Positions 28,708 through 40,957 of a stretch of 64,000 nt of DNA are shown here, one piece after another. The notes under the pieces were generated by a model. It saw only the letters and a program-made list of their open reading frames with translations, did not search any database and was not told the origin of the DNA. Positions within the stretch are counted from its first letter, which is position 1. Each line of letters opens with the position of its first letter. Position numbers and translations under genes: made by a program. Source of the DNA: Marsupella aquatica (Eukaryota > Plantae > Marchantiophyta); NCBI GenBank assembly GCA_973895155.1, contig OZ316894.1, forward strand, positions 1,053,968 to 1,117,967, written 5' to 3'.

Positions 28708-29405
28708 GTGTCAAAAGAGCATGCCAAAGATGGAAGTTTTTGAGTTTGGGTTTCACGCACTACCTCCTTGTGATATTTTGGCTTTAACTTTGTAGTCTTA
28801 ATAATTTTGATAGGGACTGAAAGCTTTGGTGCTAGCTCCTGGCTTGGGGACACATTCACTTCAAAGTGTTTGGGGAAACTACACTGTTCACTATAAGTAG
28901 TGTTACCAACACTAATTCTGGAGTCCAAGTAACACTAATTTTTGTGGGTTTTCAGAATTAAACTTTTCTTTAAATTGCTTTTGTTTAAATTGCTACTAAA
29001 AATGGATGATCTTGAGTCCAAAGGTAACACTAATTCTTGTGAATTTTTCAAAATAGTTTTTTCCCTCTATTTTTCCACTCTTTTAACTAGAGTAACACTA
29101 ATTCACACGCATGGAAAGAGTGTTAGCACAAAACTAGTGCAACTCACACTAATTTGCAAGTAGACCCACAAAATTGGTGCTATCAAAATAGTGTTAGTCA
29201 CAGTAATTACTCTGAGGAGCGTAGATTCCTCAAATTTTCTGATGAAAACAGCCATCAAAACAATCTTTAGAGCTGAAATTTTTTGGATGTAATTTTTATA
29301 GGACATGTATTTAGGTAGCCTGTAGGGAGTGTGAGTTATGTCCTGGCCATAAAAAAAACTTTTTATATCTTTGACCTGATCTCCCTTATGAAGCTGTTTT
29401 GACAC
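28708..29405. mobile_element. Possible MITE, about 700 bp
   Basis: Imperfect 13-bp TIR GTGTCAAAAGAGC / GCTGTTTTGACAC and internal taacactaatt repeats in both orientations; no clean TSD seen. Confidence 0.35.
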
Positions 29406-29695
29406 GCTCGTGTATTTAGGTAGCCAGTAGGGAGGGGGAGTTATGTTCTCGCCTTCAAAAACTTTTATGTCTTTGGCCTTATCTCAAGCTAAACTTTTAT
29501 GTCTTTGGCCTTATTTCAAGCTGTTAGGGAGTGGAAGTTATGTTCTGGCCATAAAAAACTTTTATTTCTTTGGCCACGCCCTAGTGTACTCAGTGTTTGT
29601 CACACGTCTTTCGGGCGGCCATGACAAACTTGCTCTCGGACAGTGCTTGTCACACTTCTTTCGGGCGGCCATGATGACAAACTTGCTCTCGGACT
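29305..29695. repeat. Short tandem duplications
   Basis: Three copies of gttatgttctggccataaaaaactttta-like units and two copies of gtcacac.t.ctttcgggcggccatgacaaacttgctctcggac. Confidence 0.65.
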
Positions 29696-29989
29696 CCATT
29701 GCTGCTGCTGCACGATTTCAATTCCGTCCAACACGTTACAGCAAATTTCATTTCAGACGTGTCAAACCACGGATTACGAGCAATTAGCAGATCACAGACC
29801 ACAAGCAGAAAACGCCTTTTTAAGCCCAGGGAATGTGACTACTTAGTTAGCCAACAGTGTCTGTAGTACTCGAAAAACCTTTCGACACATCATGATTCTG
29901 AGACAAGATCAGGATTGATGCGATCTGTGGACACACGATTTTAACCAACCAACCTTAAGAGATCTTGCTCTCGAAGATCGACCGGCAAA

Positions 29990-30255
29990 ATGGTGCTCTC
30001 TAACGATATCGATCTCCTGCACCCTGCCCCAGAAATGAGAATTAAGAGGATGCACAAATTGAAGGAACTGCTGCTGTCTCCCAAATCCTACCTTGTTCAT
30101 GGACGTGAATTGCCAAGGAGGCTTCAGCATATATTAGCAACTGGTTTCAGTCACTCTCAAGCGGTGGTCACTTCTGCGAACTGCCCTGCGGTGCTCTGCC
30201 AGCCGACCCGAGGGCGGGCGCGCTTGACGGAAGGATGATCGTTCAGGAAGAAAGT
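29990..30255 (+). pseudogene. RPS27: 40S ribosomal protein S27 processed pseudogene
   Basis: MVLSNDIDLLHP..KRMHKLK.L..SPKSY, then FMDVNCQG in a shifted frame, then FSHSQAVV..ANCPAVLCQPTRGRARLTEG*SFRKK. It has frameshifts, a stop at the conserved Cys and no introns. Confidence 0.88.
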
Positions 30256-31272
30256 TCATTGGAATTTCCGTTCATAGCTCCCAGTTTTGACCTCCGAAGT
30301 CATTGGTTCATTGTTACGCGATGCTAGTTGAGAACACAGCTGATCTACGCGAAGAGATTCTCTGTGGCAGATTAAGAAATATCTGAAGGGTTTGCCTCCG
30401 ATCCCGGGGGCTTTGAAAAAACACAAAAAAACCTGTAGGAGGAGGCCCAAACCACAGCACGCAACTGGAGGTCTTTCTGTGTCGCTCCCTGTATAGCGCG
30501 TTGGAAACTCCTGTACGTTCCACTATCCTGCTGCAAAACGTTACCACCAACGCCGAAATATGCTTTGAATGAGTGATAAGACAGCATGAATAAAGTTTCG
30601 TGCATTCTCATTTGGCCACATGCAAAGACAAATGAAGGGAACCTTATTCAAGGAGTAAACCTCAGAGAATTGTTGGCATGCTTCAACATATCCTTCGCAA
30701 TAATGAAAACTTACTCAACGACAGTCTCCGGTGTTCTGGGAAAACAGTGTTTCTGGACCTCCCTTGGTTGAATTGTATCCTAGTACTTTTAGTGTTTTAA
30801 ATTTAATTGTTTTTCAGGGTAAACAAATATCACTAGTCCCCATGACCCCTGAAAAACAAATATCACTAGTCCCCATGACCCTGAATATCGAAGCAACAAC
30901 TCTGGTGGTCCCCATGACCAGGAATATCGCCTGAACGTACCGTGTTTTCCTTTTCTCACAAAGACAAGTGAATTGGATGTTCATCTTTTATTGACGAGTG
31001 ACAGGACGTACAAGAGGTAAACCAGACCAAAGGCATTGCGCAATGGTGAAGCAAAACACGCATTTTGTAGGCTCTCAACTAGAGAAGAGTTCTAGTCACA
31101 ATTGCTAGCTAGCTAGCAAGAGGACGAAGCCTGTGCGACAGCGACGCACTAAATAGGGCTTCACCTCAACAAGGCTCAGTCAAACCAAGTCTGATGCATG
31201 CGGGTTCTTTAGATAAGCTGTCAGATAAAGCTGGGAAGAAATTTCAGAACAGACGAGAGGACCACTGTCATC

Positions 31273-32151
31273 ATGGCTTATACGGGGAACTATGTCCAAG
31301 GGCAATCTCCAACCCCGCCTTCACTCACCAATGTCTTGATGATCGTCGCAGGAATTATCTTCTTTTTGGGACTTTTCGTGATTGTGGGGCTTCGGATATG
31401 CGCAATGCAAAGCAGAAGTCAGGAAGCTGAACTCGTAGGAGAACTTTCGTCAATAGAAAATCATCGTAGGTCGACGAATATAAGGGTATTTTCTCTTCCA
31501 GTGTGGTTTTCAGATCCTGCATTTCGTCAACAGCCGTCCGGGCAGGAGGAGAAATTGGGATTCGGGCTGGAAGCATCTGTATTTGAGAACCTGCCAACCT
31601 TCATCTTCAAGCAAGGCAGTGAAAAGTTGAGGTCGAAAGAGGACGTAGAGTGCTGTGTCTGTCTGCAGGAGTTTGCAGAGGGTGAGAAAGGCCGAATTCT
31701 GCCGAACTGCGGTCACTGCTTCCATGCCGACTGTGTTGATATGTGGTTCTTTTCTCATACTACGTGCCCTATGTGTAGGTCCCAGGTAGAAATTCTGGAA
31801 CCACTGCCAAGTCCCGCTGCAGGCCCCCCTCAAAGCACTACGAAAGGAAATGATGGTACACATATTCGTTTTCAACCGTCTGGTCCCTCTGCTGAAATGG
31901 GTGCTTCTCAGTCCTTCACCTCTGGGAAAGGGGCTGGGAAAGCATCCTCCTCCGAACTTGATCTCGATCTAGAACTTGGTCGACGGAACCGTAGAGGCTT
32001 TCCAACACGCGAGCCTGCTGCTGGAAGGCAGTCTCAACAGGATGGAAGATCTGCAGTTAGCCGATCAAGTAAAGGTAAGAACGAGGTCAGAATAGTCTAC
32101 CGGCTTCATGTATGTATGGACCGTAGCCAAAGTTATGTGAATCCTCTTTGA
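31273..32151 (+). CDS. ATL-family RING-H2 E3 ubiquitin ligase
   Basis: N-terminal TM segment (VLMIVAGIIFFLGLFVIVGL), GLD-like motif GLEASVFENLPTFIF, RING-H2 CCVCLQEF..ILPNCGHCFHADCVDMWFFSHTTCPMCR; single exon. Confidence 0.92.
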   Translation: MAYTGNYVQGQSPTPPSLTNVLMIVAGIIFFLGLFVIVGLRICAMQSRSQEAELVGELSSIENHRRSTNIRVFSLPVWFSDPAFRQQPSGQEEKLGFGLEASVFENLPTFIFKQGSEKLRSKEDVECCVCLQEFAEGEKGRILPNCGHCFHADCVDMWFFSHTTCPMCRSQVEILEPLPSPAAGPPQSTTKGNDGTHIRFQPSGPSAEMGASQSFTSGKGAGKASSSELDLDLELGRRNRRGFPTREPAAGRQSQQDGRSAVSRSSKGKNEVRIVYRLHVCMDRSQSYVNPL

Positions 32152-35100
32152 GTTATCACTTCCTTGGATGTGGCACTGCCTGACTGTCAGTGGACGAGTA
32201 ATTAGACTGTATAAGTCACGTACTGATTTGTTTAGTACCTCCACATTTTGCTGACTCTGGGGCCTCAGTCCACCACATGAGGACTTGATCAACCGTCAAT
32301 TCAACCTACATATAACATGAACATTGCGCGTCATAGAACTTTGTAACTATGTATCTATTGATTTGATTGCTTTACCTGATGTCGATTCCTTTTATTCCTG
32401 ACTATAATTGTTCCGAATTCGTTAGATTGGAATTTTTCTCGCAAAGGGGTCCATTCCCAAGTAGATGTACTCTTTTCACCAAAATACATTTAAAGTGAGT
32501 ACAATGTGTCTTATTCGTTCCTGACTGGTGCAGGTCCCAGCAGTTCAGAGGAAAGCATTTCGGATGGGAGAGACGCCCATCAGCCTGTCTAAACTGTGAG
32601 CCGACGCTTGCAGTATGTGCTTTAATTGAATGTGCTTCGTGGATTAATCAACTCTCCGGACTGGTTTCCTTGAAATGTCAAAGTTTCTACACCCGTTTGA
32701 GTACTGGAGAGATCAGCTGGGTGGGCAGGACCGATGGGACATATTCGTCTTCCAACTTCTCACGAGTTTGAACCAAACGAATTCGCTGTTCGGACGGTTT
32801 TGAAATGTACGTATCACGATCATGGCTTCTCATAACTAGTTAGACTAACTGGATAGATAAATAGGAGCGACACAATTATCACAGGCTCAAAATCCAATTC
32901 GATTTGGCATTGGAACCAACTTGGTTCAGCTTGTATTTTGGCCAAACTATTGATCGAATCTGCCAAGTTCACTAGCCAAATCGCCAAAATACAAGGGGCT
33001 CCTGGTTGGGCCGGTTTCACCTTCCCACGGTTCAATCAATTGAACTTGGCAGATTCAACTTCCAATGGAACTTCAGTTGGGAGATTGAGGCGTGGATTGA
33101 CAAATCCATGGCTCAATTAGTGCAGATCACGGCTTAAACTTTCGTATCGCGCTCATTTGCTGATAAGACTACGGTTAGTAGGAGCATCACCGGGACCAGA
33201 GGCTACAGACATGATCAGGAGCAAGACTCTGGCCGGAGATTGTCATCGCCTAAGAACTGACGTGATTAGAATCTGAGAACGGCTCCTCATGAGATCGATC
33301 AGGATGAAACACTTCCTGAAGCGCCACAAGTTGTGTTGGTGGTGACTGTCGATGCCCACTATTTCAGTCTCCTTCTGTACAATCCATACGTCATTGAGTA
33401 TTTTATCATTGGGACTCTTTCTCTTTATTTCTGTAGTGGGTGATCGATTACTCCGTCGGTGTAGGGCTCCGGCCTGGACAGTCGCCATGCCCATTTGAGG
33501 CCGAGCTGGTTACGACAGAATATCCATCATTCAGTTGGGGATTCCACAAAGTTGTGTTTCTCAGTGACTAACGCGTCCACAAAGTTGTTTTTCTCAGTGA
33601 CTAACGCGTCGCCTTTGAGAGGAATTTATAGTTTACAAATGACGGTCGATGTATACGAGAGGGGCTCAAGATATATATGAGCTTCTCTGCATCGCCAAGT
33701 ACTCAAAAACCTCAGAGGGATGTTCGAAGACGCCGTAATTATTAAGGTCCGTGGCGTGTCTCTCCAAATTCATTGCATGCGGTCAGCTAAACGAAATTGT
33801 AGTTCAGTATCCAATTCCTGCAGTTTTGGGGCTAACTGAGTAAAAAACAGTTTTGAGTCAACTGACCGTTTTCCTTTCATACTTCGCTCTTAATAAGAAA
33901 GTTGCATAATTATAAAAAAAAGTAAATTAGTTGGCTCATACCCGTGCCCAGGCAACTCATATAATCATTGATTTGTTCATATTTAGCATGGGTAAGAATC
34001 GTTCAGCTTAGTATTTCCTTTATCCAATCATCAGTTAATTTATCCAAAACTATCCCATCAATAACTTAGGTTAGGGGTAATGGTTTTCACCGTAAAGCAT
34101 ATATGAATCTAACCCTTTTCAGTGGGGACCCTAATGTTCTGGGGTATTATGTAATCTGCATTTTTTAATCATTGTTTTCAAAAATTTTTCATGCGTGTAA
34201 ATGCACCAAAATGCAATTTGCATATTATTTAACTACAGGTCAACCTTCACTAAACAACACAAATCAGCACCAACCAACAAATATGACATGTACTATGTAC
34301 GACACCCCCTGCATACCTTGATAACCCTAGTTTTTTTTTTTTCAATCAATGAATGCAGCCATATTTTGATGTGTGATTACCAGCAGGGCATTTCTGTCTA
34401 TAAGGGTACACATGCACTTATGAGTTATCACAATGCATAAATAAGAAACATTTATTGATATGTGCAGCAAACAACTACAACATAAAGTAGATCCATGCAC
34501 TTTACCTGCAGCCAGTTGAAATTTGCAATATAAGGGCTTAGGGTATGAGCTGTCCAATGTTTATATAGTGAGACATATGTAGACACATTGCTTATAAAGA
34601 CTATATGAAGCTGCTGTACATATAATCAGAGCATGCATACTATCCAAGAGGCCAGCTTGAAGGAAGCGAGCAGACACCACTGGTAAAACCAAATACTAGT
34701 TTGGTGCTTGAGAGTTAGACCGGCCTCATGAGGCTGGGGGCTGTAATTCTCAAGTCTTCTTGTTGGAAGACCCCTTTACATATTTCTCTAAACAGATTTA
34801 TATTAGAAAATGTAAAAGTACTTTCTAAGATTAATATAAATTACAAAGAGATGGATAGTTTGGCTGTAGATGTGTTCTAGATAACGACGGCTCTCATTTT
34901 AGTCAAAGAAACTCAGATTGTACCCCTCATAGAAAGAATCCAAAATGTATCATGTTAGATGTAAAAAAATACTCATACCCAAATTATGTGGTTTTTTTAA
35001 GAATAATCCAGCCAGGGGTCTATAGCAGAAGCAGTCTTTTGAGATTTCTTTCAAAAGGATTTTAAAAATATTTTTCACGTATAGAAAGTTTTTTTTATAA

Positions 35101-35389
35101 ATTTAAGGCCACTCTAGGAAATTTTGTATGGGAAAAAGAGCACAACTCAGCTTAATTCATGTCGATTCAAGATTTTAAAACAGTTGAGAACCAAACCTAC
35201 TTTTCCATGATTTAAATGAGAGCAAGCTCCTATCTAAGGCCATTAATTTGATAGTTTTTGTTGGCCCGCTGTTACACAAAAGGTACACATCCGGCCCCTC
35301 CCACATCTACTGCAGTATCATCATTATTCACTAGCATACGTCCTAATGATGCTTCCGAAGCTAAGATAAATGATAGAGCTGAGATCTAA

Positions 35390-38300
35390 CAAGTCTTTGG
35401 AGCAACCCCACTCGTCTGTTGGCAAGGTCATAAGCTATCTGAAAGTTCTGCTGCTGGAAGCTGCCATAGATACTGAGGCCTAGAAGTAGCTTTCAGGAAG
35501 GCGAGGCAGAGATTGGGAACATCGTCGACCTGTATGAAGATGTTATCGGGGGGCAATTCAACATTGAGGTTCGTGAACTGGAAGACTACGGTTGGGATTG
35601 TGGGGCTGGACACTCCAGACAGGTCGTAGCAGAGGTCGTAGCCGTCCTTAGAGAAGTCCACACGAGGGTATGGATGAGCGATGCAAGGCGATTTACAAAA
35701 GGCTTGGAGGCCCGGCTGTCCATCTGAAATAATGTGGTCCCAGAATCCAAAACCAAGCCACCTTGGCCTGATGAAGTGATGGCGAATGCAGCTGCAACCA
35801 AACACAGTCACGTCGAAGACGGAGATTGATCAATATCATATTCATCAAAACAATTAACCATTTGTGCAGCCATGCCTCTAAACTCCAAATATGAAGATCC
35901 AGATTATAAATATATCGAGCAATCAATTCAATTCTGTATTGAGACTCCAAGTTCCTTTAGTAGGGATCGAGTGACAGAAATCAGAAACTCTACGGGGTTT
36001 AAGAGATTTTTATTTTTACAATTTTAGTGAGAGTACAGAAGAATCTTCATAATGAGCTTCACCCAAGTCTTGAGTGTGGATTCTTGGGGGATTAATGCCT
36101 TCAAAATTCCAAAGGGAAAAATCATGATACAATTCTTGATTCTGCAGTCTTCTAGGATAATGCCTTGAAAATTACAAACAGAAAAGTTAGATAATCAGTG
36201 AAAATCACGAAGGGCATTCAGTTACAGTAAACTTACATGAGGGGTACACGAGGGGTGTACCGCCCACAAGGATACCATTAAGAGTGAGGTAGTAGAATGA
36301 GGCATGGGCGTTGTTCCGGGCCAGCGGCGTATACTGCAAGGCGTTACCACCGGTTGACCCTAGTAGCAAACTGCTGGTCTTGGTTAGGGCGCTATCGAAG
36401 TCCACCAAGCAGTACGCGAAGGCGTAATTGATCTGGGAGCCCAGCTGCGATACGAGAGACACTGACCCCATGCCAAAGCCCACCAGCCCATCGGCAAGCG
36501 AGAACGCGCCCTGGTTGTTGTGGCCACAACCAAACCCAATGCCGGAGAAGGGGTGTTTAGAGTGGTGGAGGTGAAGGTGACCGTCTCAGAGGCAAAGTCC
36601 CCTTGCGAGGAGGACTGATCCCCATAGTTAACTTCATATTGGCATGTCTTTTGGGCGGAGCAGGGCTGGGGAGGGTAGAGGACAGAGCAGAGGGCGTCCG
36701 TGCAAGAACGGGTTTTGTAAGACGACGATGCAGATGGGACAGAGATAGGGTCGTTCTGGGAGGAGCAATGAACGCATTTGGAGCACTGCACCCAGATGAC
36801 GTCGCTGCCTGTGTCCACAAGGCTGTAAGTTTCCTGCGCAAAACCCGACTTCAATTCAGTATCTTCAGGATCAAAGTAAGAACATTATTGAACATCAACT
36901 TTGACGACACAAAAACGAGCACAAAAACACGTACCAATCACATGCCTGATTCAAATCAATGACAATCGCGTAATAAAGACCGAAACTAAGGCGCAACTCC
37001 AACTAATCGGTGCATCATTCATTGTTCCTATATATGACTTCAACACTAATTTCTTAATTACGGAGATCCCTTGCATGTCTCAAAATGCAACCCTCCGTGG
37101 ATCATTTGCAGCCGTCTGTCATTTGGCCCAAGCACTCTCTTGTCGACCTCCACAGTTTTCACGGGGCTGCCAGTAGTCTTCTCAAATCGATTGACCCAGC
37201 TAGTCCATCGTTCAGTAACTAGCTAACTACTTCAATATGACTATCGTCTTTCAATCCTGGACCTATAACAAGCATTGTAAAACAATTCATGGTTCGTGAA
37301 TATAACCGAGTGGTCAATTTTATTGCTCGTCAGCCTAGCGACTGAGGTGCATGAGCTGACTCTTCGAGACGTCCATGATGCATTATTACACTTACGTGCT
37401 CTTCCTGCTACAAGAATCTGAAGTCTGGGAGCGGGCTTCCTAGTACCAGACATGGCATCTTCTTCGCTGTGGGATGAACTGCACTCCCGCTTAATTACGA
37501 GCTAGTAATGATTGCAGTGTTGCAGTTGTCAGAGCTCACCACAAGTCTAAGCCGTAAAGCGCGCACGAGCTAGATTGGAATTGGAGTACAGTCATGCCTG
37601 TCCTCGACGCTTCACTGGCAGTCTTATATACAATACTCTAAATATCTGTGCTAGACTCTGTTGCCAGTCAAATCTGCAATGAGTGAATGCTTCGAGTTAA
37701 TGTTTCCCCATTTTCTTTCTATGTTTGCTGTCGGCTCCTTCCTATGTTTGCATATTTGCTCTTGGCTCCCACCCAAGTTTATCAAAATAAAAACTAATAT
37801 TCTATCATTTTGTCACTAGCTCCAGTCCAATTCACTTTGTGCCATTGATTTGGGTGTCCAATTATTCACTTTGTGTCATCGACTTTGGATATGATTATGT
37901 TCTAGCACCTTCATTTTTTATAGCCAACATTAAGTTCCACATTATTTCACTTGTTGTAAATTAACTAACATTAATTTGTTGTAGATTTAACGCGAAGTAG
38001 GCTCTATTGAATTCATTGAGCAAAATAAGATTTAAGGCGATCTAGACTCTATTGAGCAAAATTAATGGGGTCTCTATCCTGGCAGTGTATTTCAAATAGT
38101 TATTTAAGCCATTGACTCACGATGCCAATATATGATCGAAACTGCATTTATGCTGCCTCACAAATCTGGTTCACGTTGACGGCTTTTGACAGCTATTCCT
38201 TGATTTGAATCGGACTCCTTGGTGTTCCCCGTTCTTATTCCGGTAATTACGAGGCCAATTGATACAGTTAATAATTAGAAAAATGTAAAGAAATTTGTCG

Positions 38301-38750
38301 ACTACCGAGAAGATATAATAACTTTCCCCGGAAAGTTTACCTGCTTGGGGTGCCAAGGTTGAACTGCATCACGTAGCTGTCCTGGGAGAAGGAAACAGGG
38401 GTGCGGTATGCTAAATCCGTGTGGTGTCCGCTAAATGCCTCCTGGCCATAAATCTGCCTCTCGAAAAATTGAATTCGCTCTTGACTGCTCTTGACGGCAA
38501 TCACAACCCTTTGAGTCAGAGTCAAATTGGGCATTGCGTATGGCGAGTCAATGTGATGGGGATGCAAAATCTCCAATGCAATGCCCTCCTCCAAGATGTC
38601 TCTTGCTCTCACATGCTCCAAAAATGGTTTCCACATTTTAAATCTGCCAAGGGCCAGCGTTGGAGTCTGATGAGCTATAAGCACCACAAGCACTACCGTA
38701 ACCTTCATCTTGATCTTGGTGAGGCTATGGACTCCGACCTTTGCTGTCAT
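35390..38750 (-). pseudogene. Nepenthesin/CDR1-like A1 aspartic protease, 3 exons, frameshifted
   Basis: Signal peptide, LEILH..SP propeptide and YVMQFNLGTP (exon 1); VDTGSDVIWVQC, YGDQSSSQG and FAYCL (exon 2); LVLDSGTT and QQQNFQIAYDL (exon 3). Several frame changes. Confidence 0.85.
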
Positions 38751-40489
38751 AGTTGTCTCCTCTCCTGGTCACCGGAGTACACTTAGTTTAGTGCGAATGA
38801 TGATAGCTAGGGGAAAATTGGCGGGGATAAACTAAAGCCTTCAGTTTAGACTCTCATTTCTAGTTCAGGTGCCTGCTATCTAATTGAGAGACACTTTCGT
38901 GCGAGATGCTCATCACAAGATGCTCGCAATGTATATATTCTGCGTTACTCAGAAACATGCAGCTCGCAGAATCGGGTTGACGGCAATCCAAAACCCAGAC
39001 TCTCATGAAATCGGCAAACCAAAACCCAGACACTCATGAAATGCGTAATCTGAGTTCCTACAGGTTTTGTGTGGCACTCAGGAAACAAAGAACTACTCTG
39101 TCATACCCAGATTCTCTTGAATACAGATAAAGCAAATCCTACCCCGTAGAGAATTGAAATATATGGAAGAACTCCAGGGGTGATTCAACTCTCTCGAATT
39201 GCCGTTATCATTCGCACACAAATTCAACTGTGCAACCAAAGCTCGAGGATTTACGGTAATATTAATATACGTACCCAGTCTGTAGGATGCTAAGGCGTCT
39301 GACTCGGGACCGGCTCGGCTGGACTGGCTCACGGCTCTCAGTATCCCACAATGCTGATCGAGTTCCCATATATTAGGCAAGGCTTGCAAGCTTCCTGGAA
39401 CTTGCTGGTGCAGGGTGTTGAAAGATAGATATCGATATCTAGACAGAATCCACTGCATCCCCGGGATATATATAATTAATCTTGCTCACTGCCCGGAAAT
39501 GGAGGATTAGTCGCACACTCTGCCTAGCAATACTATATACAAACAGAATTGATCTAGAGCGACAGCTCATAAAATGAGACGGGAAGCTAGGGTACCTCGT
39601 GTTCAGATGCGTGTACGTTCTCGCTTGGTCCCACCGCTTTGCGCGCATGCGTGTGGAGGAGTCAAACTTGTAAGAAATGGACTTCGACAGTGGGGATCAT
39701 GAATCGAGAGAAATGTGCATCACCAAGCTCACATGAAGTACAGAATCTTCGGCTAAAAAGTACTTGCAGCAGTGGTTCAGCTATATGAATGAGGGTGCAG
39801 TCGTTTGCAAATTACCCGTGTGTGTAGAAGCGGTCCTTCAGTCAGTCGATCAGTTGTTGAAACCGCCAGGCAATATCTCGAGGAAAAGCTATGCAGCAGT
39901 CGCACACAAATTAAGACTGAGGTGATCAAGATTCAGTCGTCACTGCCAGTTTCTCCCCCGCGAGAGGTGGGCTGAAGAAGACAATCTGTCCCTTTAGTAT
40001 GACAAATGCAAAGTATGTCCAGCTCGCTGCGATTATATACATTCAAACTCTCCCACTATCCCTCTCCCTTCCATTGCGTCCAATCGTACTATAGTAACGA
40101 TAGACCTCTTGTCAAAGTCAAAGTCAGACCAACGTCCTCACTAGGCTCAGTGACGACTGCAGCTCTTATATACGAGGCTGCTTTGTTGGGACAGAAAGTG
40201 GCCTTTGGTTCTCAGAAGTACACGAATCAGAGGGCAGATAGTACAATATTGGAGTCTGTAGGAGATAGAGTAAAGGGTGCTCAGGGAAGGGTTGAGTTCT
40301 GCGTTGGCTATCGATTTTCTCATCTTATTACATCTTAATATTTCAGTTTTGTGAACAGTAACTGAAGCCTGTGAATCGAAGGAGCTGCTGGATTGGTGAA
40401 GTCGAGCCGTCCACCACGGATGGCTTGAATCCGCAAGTGCTGTAGCTAACGAATTAACCACTTACCTGAGAGTTAACCACTTAGTACAT

Positions 40490-40509
40490 CACTATATTCA
40501 TTAAAACTG
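40490..40509 (+). repeat. Left terminal inverted repeat
   Basis: Exact reverse complement of 53182-53201. Confidence 0.95.
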
Positions 40510-40957
40510 TACTTTTAAAAGTCCATAAGATGAACCCTAAAGTTATTTTTGTTCAGGCCAAATTTCTATTAAAGCATTCCCAAAAGCTAATTTTTTTCAG
40601 CCCAAATATACACTTTTGAATGCCCAAAATTTTGTTTTTTTTCACCCAAATGTTTAATAATAACTTAAATCATATATTCTAATTAATTTAAAAATTAGAG
40701 TAATTTAATTTAGTCCAAAAATCAGAGGCCAATACCACTCAGACCATCTATAAATTAAAAAATATAGATGGTCATAAATCAAGGGTCAAAATGAGATTGA
40801 CCCACTATATAATTATTAAATTGTCCAGTCCAATGAGAGAGCCTCACACTAAGCATATATCCTAATTATTTACTTTATCCTACATGTTCAAAACATATCC
40901 TTTCAAGACATAATATGAATGTACAATTCAGGGTAGGCACTAGAGCAACCCTATCTC

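Noticed and set aside
34561-34570. TTATATAGTG as a CACTA right end
   Set aside because: The match is too short and has no upstream partner or TSD.
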